From positions 310,001 through 374,000 of the forward strand of contig OZ237749.1 in the NCBI GenBank assembly GCA_965178125.1: a stretch of DNA of 64,000 bases, written 5' to 3'. Made by a program: the position numbers and the translations under genes. The stretch is from Bilabrum cf. latius. Taxonomy: Eukaryota. Below the pieces are notes generated by a model. It was not told where the DNA came from. It was given only the letters and a program-made list of their open reading frames with translations, and searched no databases. Each line of letters starts with the position of its first letter. Position 1 is the first letter of the stretch. Positions 1-12,209 of this stretch are shown here, one piece after another.

Positions 1-271
1 AACACCTTGACCATCTAATAAAAGGGCTAGAATATTAAAATATATATGGTTATCTCTATAATAAAATCCATACGATGGCTATATCCACAAATTGCGTATT
101 AGTATATGTATTATTTAGCAAAACGTGGATGGATTAGTTTTATGAAGATGATTTGATTGATAACGTATTTCTAGCCCAAAAGTTCCTTCACTTTAGAAGG
201 TTGTAATATAGCCCCTTCTGACTCCCATCATCAATATGTTAAATATTAATTTTATCATTAATATCTAATTA

Positions 272-823
272 TTATTTACCAATATGACATTTATAACAAA
301 TTGAATATTTCATATCTTTAATTCTAGACACTCCGCATTTTTTACACGCCTTTTTTCCATATTTTGTAATCGTATAACAAGACTTACAGGTTGTCCTCCA
401 ATCACCTCTAGCCATTTTACAAAGACACACATCACATCTTTTTTCATTCCTCTTTTTTTCCTCTAACTTTTTCTATTTCTTTTCTAACTCAATATGTCTT
501 ATTCCTTCACAGTGCTTATTATATCGGTCTCTTGCGACATCCTTTTTACATATTCCACACCACTAATATAAACATTTTTTACGAATTTGATTTTCTTTAT
601 CCTTTATCATCTACTTTATACAACTAGAACCCACTTTAAAAACATATCCACTAGGGGTATGCTCTATTTCGTGCTCGGTTCGTATCTCGTGCCCACAAAT
701 ACAATTACCCAATTTATCACCTTGAATAACGGTTGAGCCAATATGAATTAATTTCTTCTAAATGTCCACCCATTTTATATTACCGGTATGTTCCTATATT
801 TGTTCAATACACTTTTTACACAT
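272..823 (-). CDS. Viral multi-CxxC zinc-ribbon protein (183 aa)
   Basis: ATG 823 to TAA 272, open apart from TAGs. Contains CICGHEI...VGSSCIK and several CxxC pairs. Missing from the ORF track. Confidence 0.75.
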
Positions 824-829
824 TCTCTA

Positions 830-900
830 TATAATATCTATATAATATAATCTTTAAGTCATTTTAAACGCGTTATATTATAAAAAAGGGGCTTAAAAAT
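830..900. promoter_or_regulatory. Duplicated divergent promoter block P, copy 1
   Basis: About 70 bp identical to 1575-1644. Contains TTTAAGTCATTTTAAACGC 30 nt from the ATG at 823. Confidence 0.6.
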
Positions 901-917
901 AGACACTATAGAAATAG

Positions 918-1140
918 ATGATTATATTAATTAATATTATTAAAATATTAATTAATTAGACCGGTTAAATAGTTCTTTGGAAAGTATGAACCTACTTTGA
1001 AAAGTATGAACCAACTTCGGAAAGTATGAACCTACTTTGAAAAGTGTGAACCAACTTCGGAAAGTATGAACCTACTTTGGAAAGTATCATTCACAGGTCA
1101 TATATTTATTTAATATGTATAAATAAATAATAAAATGATT
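918..1140 (+). repeat. Direct repeat R, copy 1: hairpin, 5 x 20-bp tandem array, hairpin
   Basis: Units TTTGGAAAGTATGAACCTAC from 976 to 1075 plus a partial unit. Near-identical to 2474-2717. Confidence 0.95.
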
Positions 1141-1195
1141 ATCTAGAGACATCTATTAAATATTTGTTGAAATACGTGCCCACTATTTTATTATA

Positions 1196-1567
1196 CTACT
1201 TCAAATGATACAGATACAGCGTCTTAAATTTATTATTTGTTTGTTTTAGACTGTCAAAACAACCATTTATATAACTTAGATATCTACTGTTTTCATCTGT
1301 GTCTTTATCCAAAACACAATCAAGTAATCCCATAGTTGTTTTCACATTTTTATAAGCGTTTAGATAATTATCATAAAAGTCTAATAGGTCTTCTAGTTCA
1401 GTTATATGATAATCTTTAGATTCTTTCTTAGTGGAGAAAATAGTGCTTTCCGTTTTCTCACGCTTTATAAAAGCCTCAGTCATTTTTTCTTCTTTTTTAA
1501 AGGCAATTTTGATTTCTTTTGATACGAGTCTATAAAAATTGTTCATTGTATCATAATAATTATCCAT
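1196..1567 (-). CDS. Viral hypothetical protein (~123 aa or slightly longer)
   Basis: ORF track. Conserved motif 30 nt upstream of the ATG. The track's end codon at 1196 is TAG, so the real stop is probably a few codons further on. Confidence 0.65.
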   Translation of the reverse strand: MDNYYDTMNNFYRLVSKEIKIAFKKEEKMTEAFIKREKTESTIFSTKKESKDYHITELEDLLDFYDNYLNAYKNVKTTMGLLDCVLDKDTDENSRYLSYINGCFDSLKQTNNKFKTLYLYHLK

Positions 1568-1574
1568 TGTGTGT

Positions 1575-1644
1575 ATAATATCTATATAATATAATCTTTA
1601 AGTCATTTTAAACGCGTTATATTATAAAAAAGGGGCTTAAAAAT
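1575..1644. promoter_or_regulatory. Duplicated divergent promoter block P, copy 2
   Basis: Lies between the divergent ATGs at 1567 (-) and 1672 (+), with CTTAAA about 30 nt before each. Confidence 0.6.
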
Positions 1645-1671
1645 TAATTACTATACATATTATATATAAAT

Positions 1672-2478
1672 ATGGACAAATAGAGATTTTCATTGACCTT
1701 TGGCGATGCTGGAGAGAATCATATAGGTATGGAAATGTTAGGTGAAAGGCTCAAGGAGGGAGAAGGATTTAAAAATGAAGATTTGAAGGGGGTGATGGAG
1801 GTATGCGAGGAGAAAGGGTTTAAATGTGAAATGATAAATTTAGATGAAGATGTAGATGAAGATTTAGGGGCTAGGGTATTAATAGTAAGGGAATTTTATA
1901 AAAAGAAGAAAATTAAAAAAGTCTTTGACGAGTTGAAGGGGTTAGAGTGGGACAAAAAGTATTTTGATAGAAGGCGGGGGAGGGTGTTAAATAAAAATGC
2001 CCGTCATAATTTAGTATTTATGAGTGATAATGAATAGAAAGAAGATTATGAAAAGGGATAGGGACGAGTATATGATGTGAATAAATTGAAAATGATGAAG
2101 GGAGTAAAGAAGAGGGTAGATAAATATATAAAAATGGGAATGGATAGGGTAAAAAGTAAATCCAAAAGAGTAGATTACGTTATAGAGGGTAATAATTATT
2201 ATGATTTGTCCCGCACAATGATAGGATTTCACGGTGATAGTGAAAGAAGGCGTGTAATATGTCTATCAGTCGGTGGTTATGATGAGCCTATGGCGTGGTG
2301 GTGGTTCAAAAATAGCAAGCCGTTATGTGAGCCCCGTATTATTAAATTAAATAGTGGAGATTTATATATGATGAGTGAAAAGGCGGTTGGTAGTGATTGG
2401 AAGAAGAAGAAAGTATCCACATTAAGACACAGTTTTGGGGAAAAAGGCATATAGGCGGGATTAAAAAAATATGGATGA
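1672..2478 (+). CDS. 2OG-Fe(II) oxygenase / AlkB-like protein of the giant-virus type (268 aa)
   Basis: Track ORFs 1693-2037 and 2077-2454 join in frame over TAGs and end at TGA. Motifs TFGDAGENH, LNKNARHNL, EGNNYYD, IGFHGDSERR (HxD), MSEKAVG, TLRH. Confidence 0.82.
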
Positions 2479-2717
2479 TTATAATAATTAATATTATTAA
2501 AATATTAATTAATTAGACCGGTTAAATAGTTCTTTGGAAAGTATGAACCTACTTTGGAAAGTATGAACCTACTTTGGAAAGTATGAACCTACTTTGAAAA
2601 GTATGAACCTACTTTGAAAAGTGTGAACCTACTTCGGAAAGTGTGAACCAACTTCGGAAAGTATCATTCACAGGTCATATATTTATTTAATATGTATAAA
2701 TAAATAATAAAATGATT
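2474..2717 (+). repeat. Direct repeat R, copy 2: hairpin, 6 x 20-bp tandem array, hairpin
   Basis: Units from 2533 to 2652 plus a partial unit. Flanks match copy 1. Confidence 0.95.
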
Positions 2718-3006
2718 ATCTTGCCTTATATAATTGAATGGGTTTCTTTTCTAATAGACAAACAGCCAAATAATGAAGTACAATGTCATCATCTCTATAC
2801 TTATTCCTCGTCTATATAATACATTTATAGGTTGAATATTTGAGATATAATAGCTTCTCTCTACTGTCTTTTTTTAATTGCTTGGTGATTTCTTTTACCT
2901 AATCACTGTTTGTAAAAATTACGGTCAAAACTCCATCAATTTCTGTCTGGATATAGACATCGTGTGTAGGCGGTAGATTCTCAATAATTTTATTTAACTT
3001 TTCCAT
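2716..3006 (-). CDS. Viral hypothetical protein (96 aa)
   Basis: ATG 3006 to TAA 2716 with two TAGs. Conserved motif 29 nt upstream. Confidence 0.6.
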
Positions 3007-3093
3007 TTGATATATATTAGTTAGTTAATATATATTTAAGTCATTTTAAACGCAGTTCTATCGCTTAAAGGATTAATTATTTGATTGAATTGC

Positions 3094-4983
3094 TTAGCTT
3101 GTTGAGAGCAGGGCCTCAAGATCGTCTGTTTTCATTGCCGCACCTCCACGCATCGTAAGTTTTCCGCCAAGTTTATTCAATTCTCCTCCACTATTTCCAT
3201 ATCCATAATGTGCCGCCGCTTTGCCAAGAGCACTATTGTCTCCTGTTAGACTTTTGAGTGGTCCTATATTCCTAATGGTTTTCGCTAGGTTTTTAGCCTA
3301 ATCACTTTTTGCCCAATCTTTAACCTTGTTCCATCCGTGTTTAAAGGCTCGTCCAATCTTAGACCAGAAACGACCTTTTCCACCCATAACATTAGCATAA
3401 TTATCTAAATCCTCAAATACAGGCTAGAAACCTTTAGAACCACTCTCAGCATCACCACGTTTAGCAAGTTCAGAAAGCACTTTAGAAGGCTCAATAAGGG
3501 CGCCAGCCTCAGTATAGACACCGTTATCATTCACAAGAACATTATCATAAAACATCCATACTTTTATCTCGTATTTATCCTCATTCGCACCATCCGCATA
3601 TTTATTATAAGGGTTGAAGCACTAAAGATTAACTTTAAGATTAAATCCAGTATTTACATTAGATTGAACACCAGCAAGTGTAGCAACATCTGAAGGTTTT
3701 AAAATCATATAGCAACCAGTACCGCGGTTTCCATCACTTCCATCAATTGATGAACCATAAAAGGATGAAGGAGGAAGAGCATATCCGTTCTTTCTACTAA
3801 TTCTATATAATTCGTGTGGATTATCTACAGCCCCTAATTCCTCAGCGCTTCCATTGAGTGAGAAACCTATTCTTCTAATTGGTAAAGTTCTATTAGCCCA
3901 GTTAGGGTTATCATCACAACCAACAAGGCGGGCACATACCATAATAGCACTAGGGATACCATTCTCACGGGATAATTGATAATCAAAAGAAGTTAAAGAA
4001 TTTTCAGTTGCGGATTTAGGTACAGGGACAGGCGCCTAAGACTAAAATTTAATTGTAGGCATATTATACATACAACGAGTCGGGGGGGCGTATCCACTCT
4101 AAAATTCAACTTCATCAACAAGAAGGGTCGTATTTGTTTCTCCTATAATTGACTAACCCGTTATTTTATTAATATCTCCGTTATCTTTTGTAAAACTAGC
4201 CTTACACAGTCTTTGAATAGCATTTACGTGATAATCTAAATCAACTTGAAGGCTTCTCACACCGGTGAAATATTTAGCATTCACATCAACATCTGCTCCT
4301 TTTAGTGGTATAGCTTCTTGAAAATCAATAGTCCAATCAATTTGGTCTCTATTACCCGCAACGAAATCAGCACTTACAGTCGTAAAAGCATTCCCATATG
4401 CTCCACGATAACTAAAGCTATCACCGGCACTATATCCAACATCCTAACCCCAAGCTAAAGGATTTTTAAGGGTATCACTTACTTCACGATAATCACCAAC
4501 AGTGTCAGGGCGTCCAACGGGTGAGATTGTGGATAAGGTTTCTTCACTGTTCATAACTTCAGTAGGTTCAGCCCATTCATAAACTTTTACTGTAAAAGGC
4601 TATCCATTAATTGTTAAAACACCACCTTGAAGCATTTTAAAGGTAGGTAATGAATTAGTTCCAAACCTAGATTTAAGATAAGATTGAGCGGTAATAGCAT
4701 CACCTCCCGCAGTTTGAGCTGGTACTGCTTGCTCTAGTTGTAGCCTAACTGTCATACGATGACGAAGACGAATAAACCTTGATACGGTTTTACTAGTAGG
4801 ATTAACGGGGAAAGAAAGGGGAAGAAGAGAATTAGATTGATTAGATGATGGTCTAATTTCTCGGCGGGTATATTTTTGAACACCTAGTTCTGTTCCTAAA
4901 CTAGCATCTTCAGGGGTTATCATTTGAAGGCTTTTAGGAGCCTTAATGCTTACTGGTAAATTCTGAACCATTTTTTGAGCCAT
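3094..4983 (-). CDS. Virophage major capsid protein (629 aa)
   Basis: Single frame, about nine TAGs, ends at TAA. Size and position after the penton match virophage MCPs. C-terminal VMGG followed by a basic tail. Confidence 0.88.
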
Positions 4984-5054
4984 TTTTTTATATATACACT
5001 ATAGATATAAATTTTTTAATATCTAAACATATTTTATAATCTTCTATAATTTAT

Positions 5055-6008
5055 TTAAAAATCTAAACTTAAATTATCGGTTTGTTTTTTAAATACTTGT
5101 TTAATGTGAGCTTCACCCCCGTTAAAATTCATTACGGGATACTTTTCATTTTGTTTATCAACCCAGTAGAACGCCATTGACACGCTCTTAAAGCTTCTAT
5201 CCTTCATCATTGAATACCAGCGGTAAGGATTAGAAACATATAATATATTTTCTATTGGTGAGCTGTCATTAGGATTATACGGGTAGCTGGTTAATATAGG
5301 GGATTTATTGACGGCTATAGAGCCACCAGTAGATGATTTTGTGGTCACCAATTCTTTATTCACTGGAATATCACTTTCTACGATAATAGATTTAACAGGG
5401 CACCAAGAATTTAAATTCGTCTATCTAGCCATAAAAACATAATCACCACTAGCAGGGGAATTATTATATGAAAGTTTAGCAAATAAATCACTCGGTGTGG
5501 TTGTTATTCCTTCATATTCAAATTTATCAAATAAAGCAAAAGCTTCAAAATTAACAAATAAATAATAATTATCTCTAAAATCTTCAGTTGTTGATAAACT
5601 CCATTTATTATTTTCAAATTTAAAGACTGGTTTATCACCACTTGGAAGGCTTACCAAATCACAAATTCGGCTTAACTCTTCATTAAATTCATTTACAATA
5701 TCCTAATATGAATAATAAAATTTAGCTTTTTTACCTAGAACTATATAATCGCCTGCTCTGGCTCCTGATGTTTTATTCTCAAGAGTAAATTTTAAATAGG
5801 TTTTACCGCTGTCATCCTAATATTCAGGTTTAAACACCGGTAGCATAAATTTATTTAAATCCATCTCTTCAACAGCCGTTAAATAATTTTCACTTTGTTT
5901 TAATATTAAGCCTTCACGGGTTTCATTCACTACCGCCTATCTCGTCTAATTGTGGGGGACAGATGAACTAACTAAATTCAATCTTACAAATTCATCGCTA
6001 TAACTCAT
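5055..6008 (-). CDS. Virophage minor capsid (penton) protein (317 aa)
   Basis: N-terminal NETR..IL....Y..AV...LPVFKP and C-terminal PYRWYSM...FYWVDK patterns. Joins track ORFs 5421-5657 and 5055-5363; ends at TAA. Confidence 0.87.
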
Positions 6009-6140
6009 TTTATTTATATATTAAAGCTATACAAATAAATATTTATTAATAAACCTTATCTAATATTTCACCTTGATTTTTACCCTTCACTTTTACCAAT
6101 ATATTTAAAAATTTGATTGAATTTAGATGGATGAAAAATT

Positions 6141-6337
6141 GCCCTTCTAAAACGATGGAACTTTTCTAAATAAAAGGGCTTATATCTTCATTTCACCTTC
6201 ACAAGAGGCCCTACATCCACGTTTTGCTAGAAAACACTATAATATATACGCAATTTGTGGATATAGCCATCGTATGGATTTTATTTTAGAGATAATCATA
6301 TTTTATTATTTTATTCTAGCCCTTTTATTAGATGGTC
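6141..6337 (+). repeat. Dispersed ~200-bp non-coding viral repeat, internal copy
   Basis: Reverse complement of 9-200 and a more diverged match to 15811-15945. Confidence 0.85.
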
Positions 6338-6344
6338 GGAGTAT

Positions 6345-6920
6345 TCAATGTAGAAGCAACGCCACTAACTAATCAGGACTAAGAGCCATAATTTTGGATA
6401 TTCTAAACATTTCATTTACAAACTAATCATTTGATAAGAAAGAAAAAGCGTTTCTTAATAGAGCCCATCTTCCACACGTAGCGCTGTTGTTAGCATAACT
6501 CTAAATCGGTTTATGATTATAATCAATTTTCCAACCTTCCATTTTCTAATCAATTAAATACTTTACCAGCGTATTTTCTTCTCCTTCTCCTTGATACAAT
6601 TGGTCTCTATTAATAAATGGTTTCTATTGGTCGGGTTTTTCTCCATAGCTATCAAAGAAGTATATTATTTTGCTTGATGGTTTTCTGGTCAATGAAATGA
6701 AATGACCGTATGTGCTATTTAGTCCCGTCTTTTTATTAGGATAATAAATAATTACGCCGTCATAACCATCAAAAATATGTTCAATAGATGAGGTCTATTT
6801 AATAATATCATCGTAAATAACTATTCTAGGTTTGTAATTCAAATGTGCTACACCTAATTTTTGAATTTCTAAAGGAGATAACGGTGTTTGGACTAGTCTA
6901 TTTAAGTCGTTTATGTTCAT
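6345..6920 (-). CDS. Virophage maturation cysteine protease, adenain/Ulp1-like (191 aa)
   Basis: YGHF...YFFDSYG.KPD...YNHKPI[TAG]SYANNSATCGRW; ends at TGA. Entirely missing from the ORF track. Confidence 0.92.
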
Positions 6921-6928
6921 TTATATAT

Positions 6929-7999
6929 TCAATAGAGAAATATTTTTTTTGTGCTAACTACATAATTATTATCAACATTAATAGCAACATAACCAAAGAG
7001 AGGGAGAGAATGAAGGGTTTTTTTGATTCGTTTTCTAGTAGGAGCGTCAAAACTTAAGACTGTTTCTAAAATATATTTTAAACTTTTAGCTGTAATTGTT
7101 TTATAAATGATATGGGTTGTAATTTCGTTCATAATGGTTCGTGTCTTCATACCGTCGCTTATTTTGTGGGTGATGTCTAAAACGCTACTTGCTGTGTGCC
7201 TCCCTGTAGTGGCTAGGATTTCCAATAAAAAATAAGCCTTTGCTTTCTGGTTCCTTTTTTTAAAGCCTTCGTAATCATCCAGAATAAATAAATTAGGTTC
7301 AGCGGTCAATTTTTTAAAAAACTCAACATTTAATTTAAAACCTTTTTCTATTAAATCTTTCTCAGGTTTCAAATCCTCTATCTTTCTTTCAGCTTCAATA
7401 ACAACATCTAAAGGTTTAGATTTCATCAAAGAAGATTTTTTATATTTAAATTCTAATTTCATTTTTTTATAATAAGCCATTTTTTCCTTATATAAAGTGT
7501 TTTCATTCTCTTTAACCAAATCATCTATATCAATGAAGGTCGCGCCTTCTCTTTTATATTTAGGGTCTTGAATTGGTGATATAACATACATATTTTTATA
7601 TTTTAATCCTCTATACATCCTTATATAATGTAAAGCTAAATGACTTTTCCCGCTTCCACTCTTACCAAATAATCGCACATATTCACGCCCCTATGGAAAG
7701 AGCATAGGAAAAGGTAAATATTGACTATTATCTTTAATCGCAAATTCCTAAACTGACCGTATATATTCATCTTGTAATAGTTTATGTAATTGTTCCCTTT
7801 TCTTGTCCTTATCAACGTTATATCTTACTCGGCTTTCTCCGTAATAAGATTTTAAAACATCATCTGTTATCTCTTCCGCTTTGACGTGTTGAATATCTTT
7901 AGCGTTCGGGTCGTAATAAATAAACCGGTTCTATTGTGTTTTTTTATATTTTTGAATAGCTACAATATGGCTATTTTCCGTATATTGTAAAGATAGCAT
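6929..7999 (-). CDS. FtsK-HerA family genome-packaging ATPase (356 aa)
   Basis: Walker A GKSGSGKS, Walker B LFILDD, TGRH motif, TRTIMNE. Extends upstream of the track ORF over TAGs to ATG 7999. Confidence 0.92.
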
Positions 8000-8091
8000 T
8001 ATATATAATAATAAAATAAAATAAACCATTTATTCACACGGGTTTAAAATATTAAGTTGGTTCCTTCTTCTATCCTTCCTCACAAAAAAAG

Positions 8092-8907
8092 TTATAGAGA
8101 CATAATTATATTTTTAATTTCCGCCCGTGTTTTCCTATTTATGTATTGGTCAATCCACGATATTATCTTATTAATATTTGCTTTAGAATACTTTGAAAAT
8201 TGTTTTATTATTTCCACATTTCCTAATGCTTTTCTCATTAGTCCTTTTAGGCTTTGAAATGATTTTGACTTCTCGCTTTGATGTCCTTTTATTCTTAGCA
8301 TACTTTCTAATCGCATTCTTATGGAATATAAATATCCTAATGCTTCCCTATCAATTAAATTATTGACTCTTTTTTCATTCCTCTTCTCACCTCTTAATTT
8401 AAATAAATCCTTCAATCGTTTTAATACTTTAAAATTATTAGAACCAAAATATTTATCTACATCTCTTATTAATCCATCTTTTACCTCGTCCTAATCTATT
8501 TCATAATCACTTATATGATAAATTATGCTTATTTCATCTATAAATTTTCCATCAAAAGCCCAAAAATCAATTTTTAAGTATGGTTTATCTCCGCTAAATA
8601 TCTATTTATAAATGGTTTTAACGGGTGTAGATATGAATGCTTTTATGGTCTTGTATTTTTTATTACCAGCTTTAACCTCAATAAAATTAACCTAACTTAT
8701 AAAAACCTTTACAAATCTTATTAAACTATTTATAAATTCAGGCTCTACCCTCTAATATAAATCTATATCACTAGCAAACAAGGAATAATAAGGAATAGCA
8801 TACGAACCATTTAAAAATAAATTAGCCCCCTTCTTAAAATTCACCTCATCAAATATATCGTTCTCGTATTCATTAAAATAAGCTTGTGTCAATTCATTAA
8901 TTTTCAT
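8092..8907 (-). CDS. Nucleotidyltransferase-fold protein, resembling Sputnik V21-like virophage proteins (271 aa)
   Basis: NGSYA...ASDIDL (GS..DxD), FIEVKAG, KIDFWAF, FKVLKRL; ends at TAA. Family assignment is from recalled motifs only. Confidence 0.6.
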
Positions 8908-8964
8908 TATATATTATAAGTATGGATAAATAACAAATTATATATACCCAATATATACAATAAT

Positions 8965-9354
8965 ATGAGCGTTAAATAGAGCATAAATGATATGACAAAT
9001 AAAAGCCTTCATCATCTTGGAATAAACAGAAATGATTATAAAAAAGAAATTGATAAAATGGTTGAAGATACAGCAAACCAAATATTAAACGCAACCACAA
9101 AAGGAAAGACAAAAGGGGGAGCTTTGAACCTTCTTGGTGGATAGCCGAACGTTCTCGCTGGAGGTCCCAATTATCTTGCTGGAGGAAAAAAGAAGGGTTC
9201 AAAGAAAGCCCCTAAAGCTAAAAAGCCCCGTAGTGCTAAATAGTTAAAGAGGGATAAATTAATGAAATGGTGCCGTCAAAAGGGAATGACTATGAAAGCC
9301 AGCAATTCCTTTATAAAGAAACACGACCTTATGAATAAGGATATTTCATTTTAA
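8965..9354 (+). CDS. Basic core/DNA-condensing-like viral protein with repeated GG sites (129 aa)
   Basis: KGG, LGG, AGG, AGG followed by a Lys-rich stretch; three TAGs, TAA stop. Confidence 0.65.
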
Positions 9355-9431
9355 AAGACAGCCTACCAATTGACATATTATCTCTTAAGTTTATAAATTA
9401 TTAATTATATCATTAATAATATATATATACA

Positions 9432-11510
9432 ATGTCAAACAATACAATTAATGATTTACTGAAGGGTATTATGTAGAAACGGTCTAATCAACTTAGGATA
9501 CAAAATGACCCACAAGTTAGATTAATGATATAGCAAGAAGAAGATGAAGCAGAAGCCAGAAGAAAAACCCTAAAAGATGATGCTTTCCTTCGTGCTAATT
9601 ATGTTCCTATTGATGTTAGAATTGAAAGACAACAACAACAACAAGGAATTGAAAATATTATTAAAAATATTAAGACTATGAACGCTAAAAAAGAATTACC
9701 AATTTATCAAATAGAAAATTTACAATCATTTATAAATAGAAATCCAGATTTACCGGATAAATTAAAAAGATAGGTTGTAGATACCATTAATAATATTAAT
9801 GTAAGGTAGGTAGTAGGACCAGCAAGCGATAAGAAAAAGGTATTTGATGGAATTAAAAATATTAATATGAGATTATTTACAACCACTAAAGCACAACGGG
9901 ACGCAGTATTAGAACAATTACCAAGCGATATGAGAGGATTAAAAGCAGTTCAAATACGAAACGCTTTACGACAAGCTGGAATCACGAAAACCCCCCAAGG
10001 ATAGAATGTTTCACAATTAACAAAAGTTGATGACGCTGTTAATGCTTTATAGGATGTTTTAAATCCTCCTGAAGCCGTTCAACAATAGCAAAGAGATGAC
10101 CCGCAACCTGATAGACCTGAACCAGATAACCCGCAACCGCCACCAGAACCAAGACCAAAACCCCCTCCAACACCACAAGAAGCATTAAGCCCAGAACTAC
10201 AAGAACAAATTGAAGCACTTGAAAGAGTAGCAAACGCCAATCCTTCAAGTAGTAGAAAAGCACCAAAGAAAACCGAACTAGCAAAAATACTTAGAGAGTC
10301 AAATGTTAAAGGTGTAAAAGGACGGTCTAAAGTTGATTTTATAAAAAGTGCTTAGAAGAAATTATCAGAACTTAAACAAAAAGCACAAGAACAAGAGGCA
10401 TCACAATCATCAGGACAAGAAGAAGAAGGGGAGAACGCCAGTAGAAATTTATCAGGCTAGTTTTCAAAAGTATCACCCGCACCAGTTCCACCTAGTGGAT
10501 TCTTACAAGCATCACCAGAACCACAAGGACAATCACCAGAACAAGAACAAGGACAATCACCAGAACAACAACAAAGCACATTTGGTTCTTTAGGACAATC
10601 GGTTATGGATGGTATCAGTTATTTAACAGGAAAAACAGGCTCACAACCACAAGCACCCCCCGCAGGTCAAGACAGAGGAAAAGGTGAAGCGATGGCAGTA
10701 GATGAAGATGGAGAACCTATTACAGATGAATTTGGAAGACAACTTACAGAAGTTCAATTCAGACAAAGACAAGCACAGGCAGAACGAGATGAAGCACAAA
10801 GACAACAAGAAGAAAAAGAAAGACAAGCTAGAGAACGGAGGGGAGCCCCAGATGAAGAACCAAGAGATGGAGAAGCCGTAGAACCAGCACAACAAGCACA
10901 ACCAGCAGAACCAGCACAAGAACCAGCAGAACCACAAGAACCACAGAAAACAGATGATGAAATAGCCAAATCAATAGGACAATCAATAAATGCTAAAGGC
11001 AATAAAAATGAAATATTATCATAGTTAAAAGCAAGAGGAATAAATCCAACAGACGCCAGCCCAACAATTAACACTTTAAAATATATTATACGAAGGCTTA
11101 AAGCCGGAGTCTTACAACCTAATTTATCAACTGATGCTGTTAGGTCTTTAGTAGCTAGAGCAAATACAGAAGGAAGAGCAACCAGAAGTGATAGAACATT
11201 AGCAAAATCAAGACTAAACGATACGGGATATGAATTAAGCGGGAAGCCTCAATGGACATATTCACCACCAGCTCAAGGTTTTGGAAATAAAGACCCTTAT
11301 AATATGTTAATGAAAGCTATTAATTTAATTATTGATTAGAAAATAAAAACATAGAATAGGGGCGGTAGTTGTGGATGTGGCAAGCATAAAGGAGGACAAA
11401 TTGAACAAGAATATTTTAATATAGCCGGTGGTAAAGGTAATCATAATGTGAAGGACAAGGTAAAACAAATCTTATATCAACACTTTGAAAAACTAAGATT
11501 ATTAAAATAA
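9432..11510 (+). CDS. Large Gln/Glu/Pro-rich viral protein (692 aa)
   Basis: 2079-nt frame broken only by TAG, including CAA CAA TAG CAA at 10080-10091. C-terminal GG motifs; TAA stop. Confidence 0.8.
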
Positions 11511-11555
11511 TTAGTCTATAGGATAATAATATTTTGTTTTGTATAGATATATATA

Positions 11556-12173
11556 ATGGCAGAGTTAGTAGCAACAGCAAGCACGGTTGGTGGGGTGTTG
11601 GTTCCTCTAGGATATGCGGGATGCTTCCTTTGGAACTTATGTTCCTCACTTGCGAATCGTAAAAAATTGTGTTTAGTCCTTCCACGAAAAGGAGGTAAAA
11701 GTTCACTTAACAAAAGTTTAACGTCTATAGACCCGAATATTCTATTAGTTGATTTAGATGAAGTCCTTAAAGTTAATGCTGACACCAAACAGGTCGTACA
11801 TTTGAATGACGCCGAAGCTAGGGGCGACGTATCAACAGCCAAACTTTTAAAATTTGAGCTTATGAAAAAAAGCATTGAGAAAGTTAAATCAAATTGGTTA
11901 TAGAAAGCAGAACATAGAGCCGTCTTTCTTACTTCAGATTTTGACCTAGCAAAAGAAATATTCAAGCCCTCCAGCGTGTGTGTAGCAATACCAAGCGATA
12001 AACTATACAGCAATATCTCTAAAGATTTAGACGAGAAGGATAAAGCAGTAGCTAGACATTCACGAGCTGAATTTTTGAAGAGCTTTAACCCTAATGAATA
12101 TAGCGTATATAATACCTTTGAAGGGCTTTCATAGATGGTGATGAATGTCTATGGTCTTACATATAGGGTCTAA
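11556..12173 (+). CDS. Divergent P-loop NTPase/kinase-like viral protein (205 aa)
   Basis: LVLPRKGGKS followed by ILLVDLD; hydrophobic N-terminus; two TAGs, TAA stop. Confidence 0.55.
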
Positions 12174-12209
12174 TTATTTGAATATTATTAAATAATAAAT
12201 TAATAATAT

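Noticed and set aside
9-200. Left terminal inverted repeat, making a complete ~16.4-kb element with no polymerase
   Set aside because: The match to the right end is imperfect and fails toward the terminus, while the distal part matches the internal 6.3-kb copy. Upstream sequence is needed to exclude it fully.
976-2664. CRISPR arrays
   Set aside because: The 20-bp units are contiguous with no unique spacers, and no cas genes are present.
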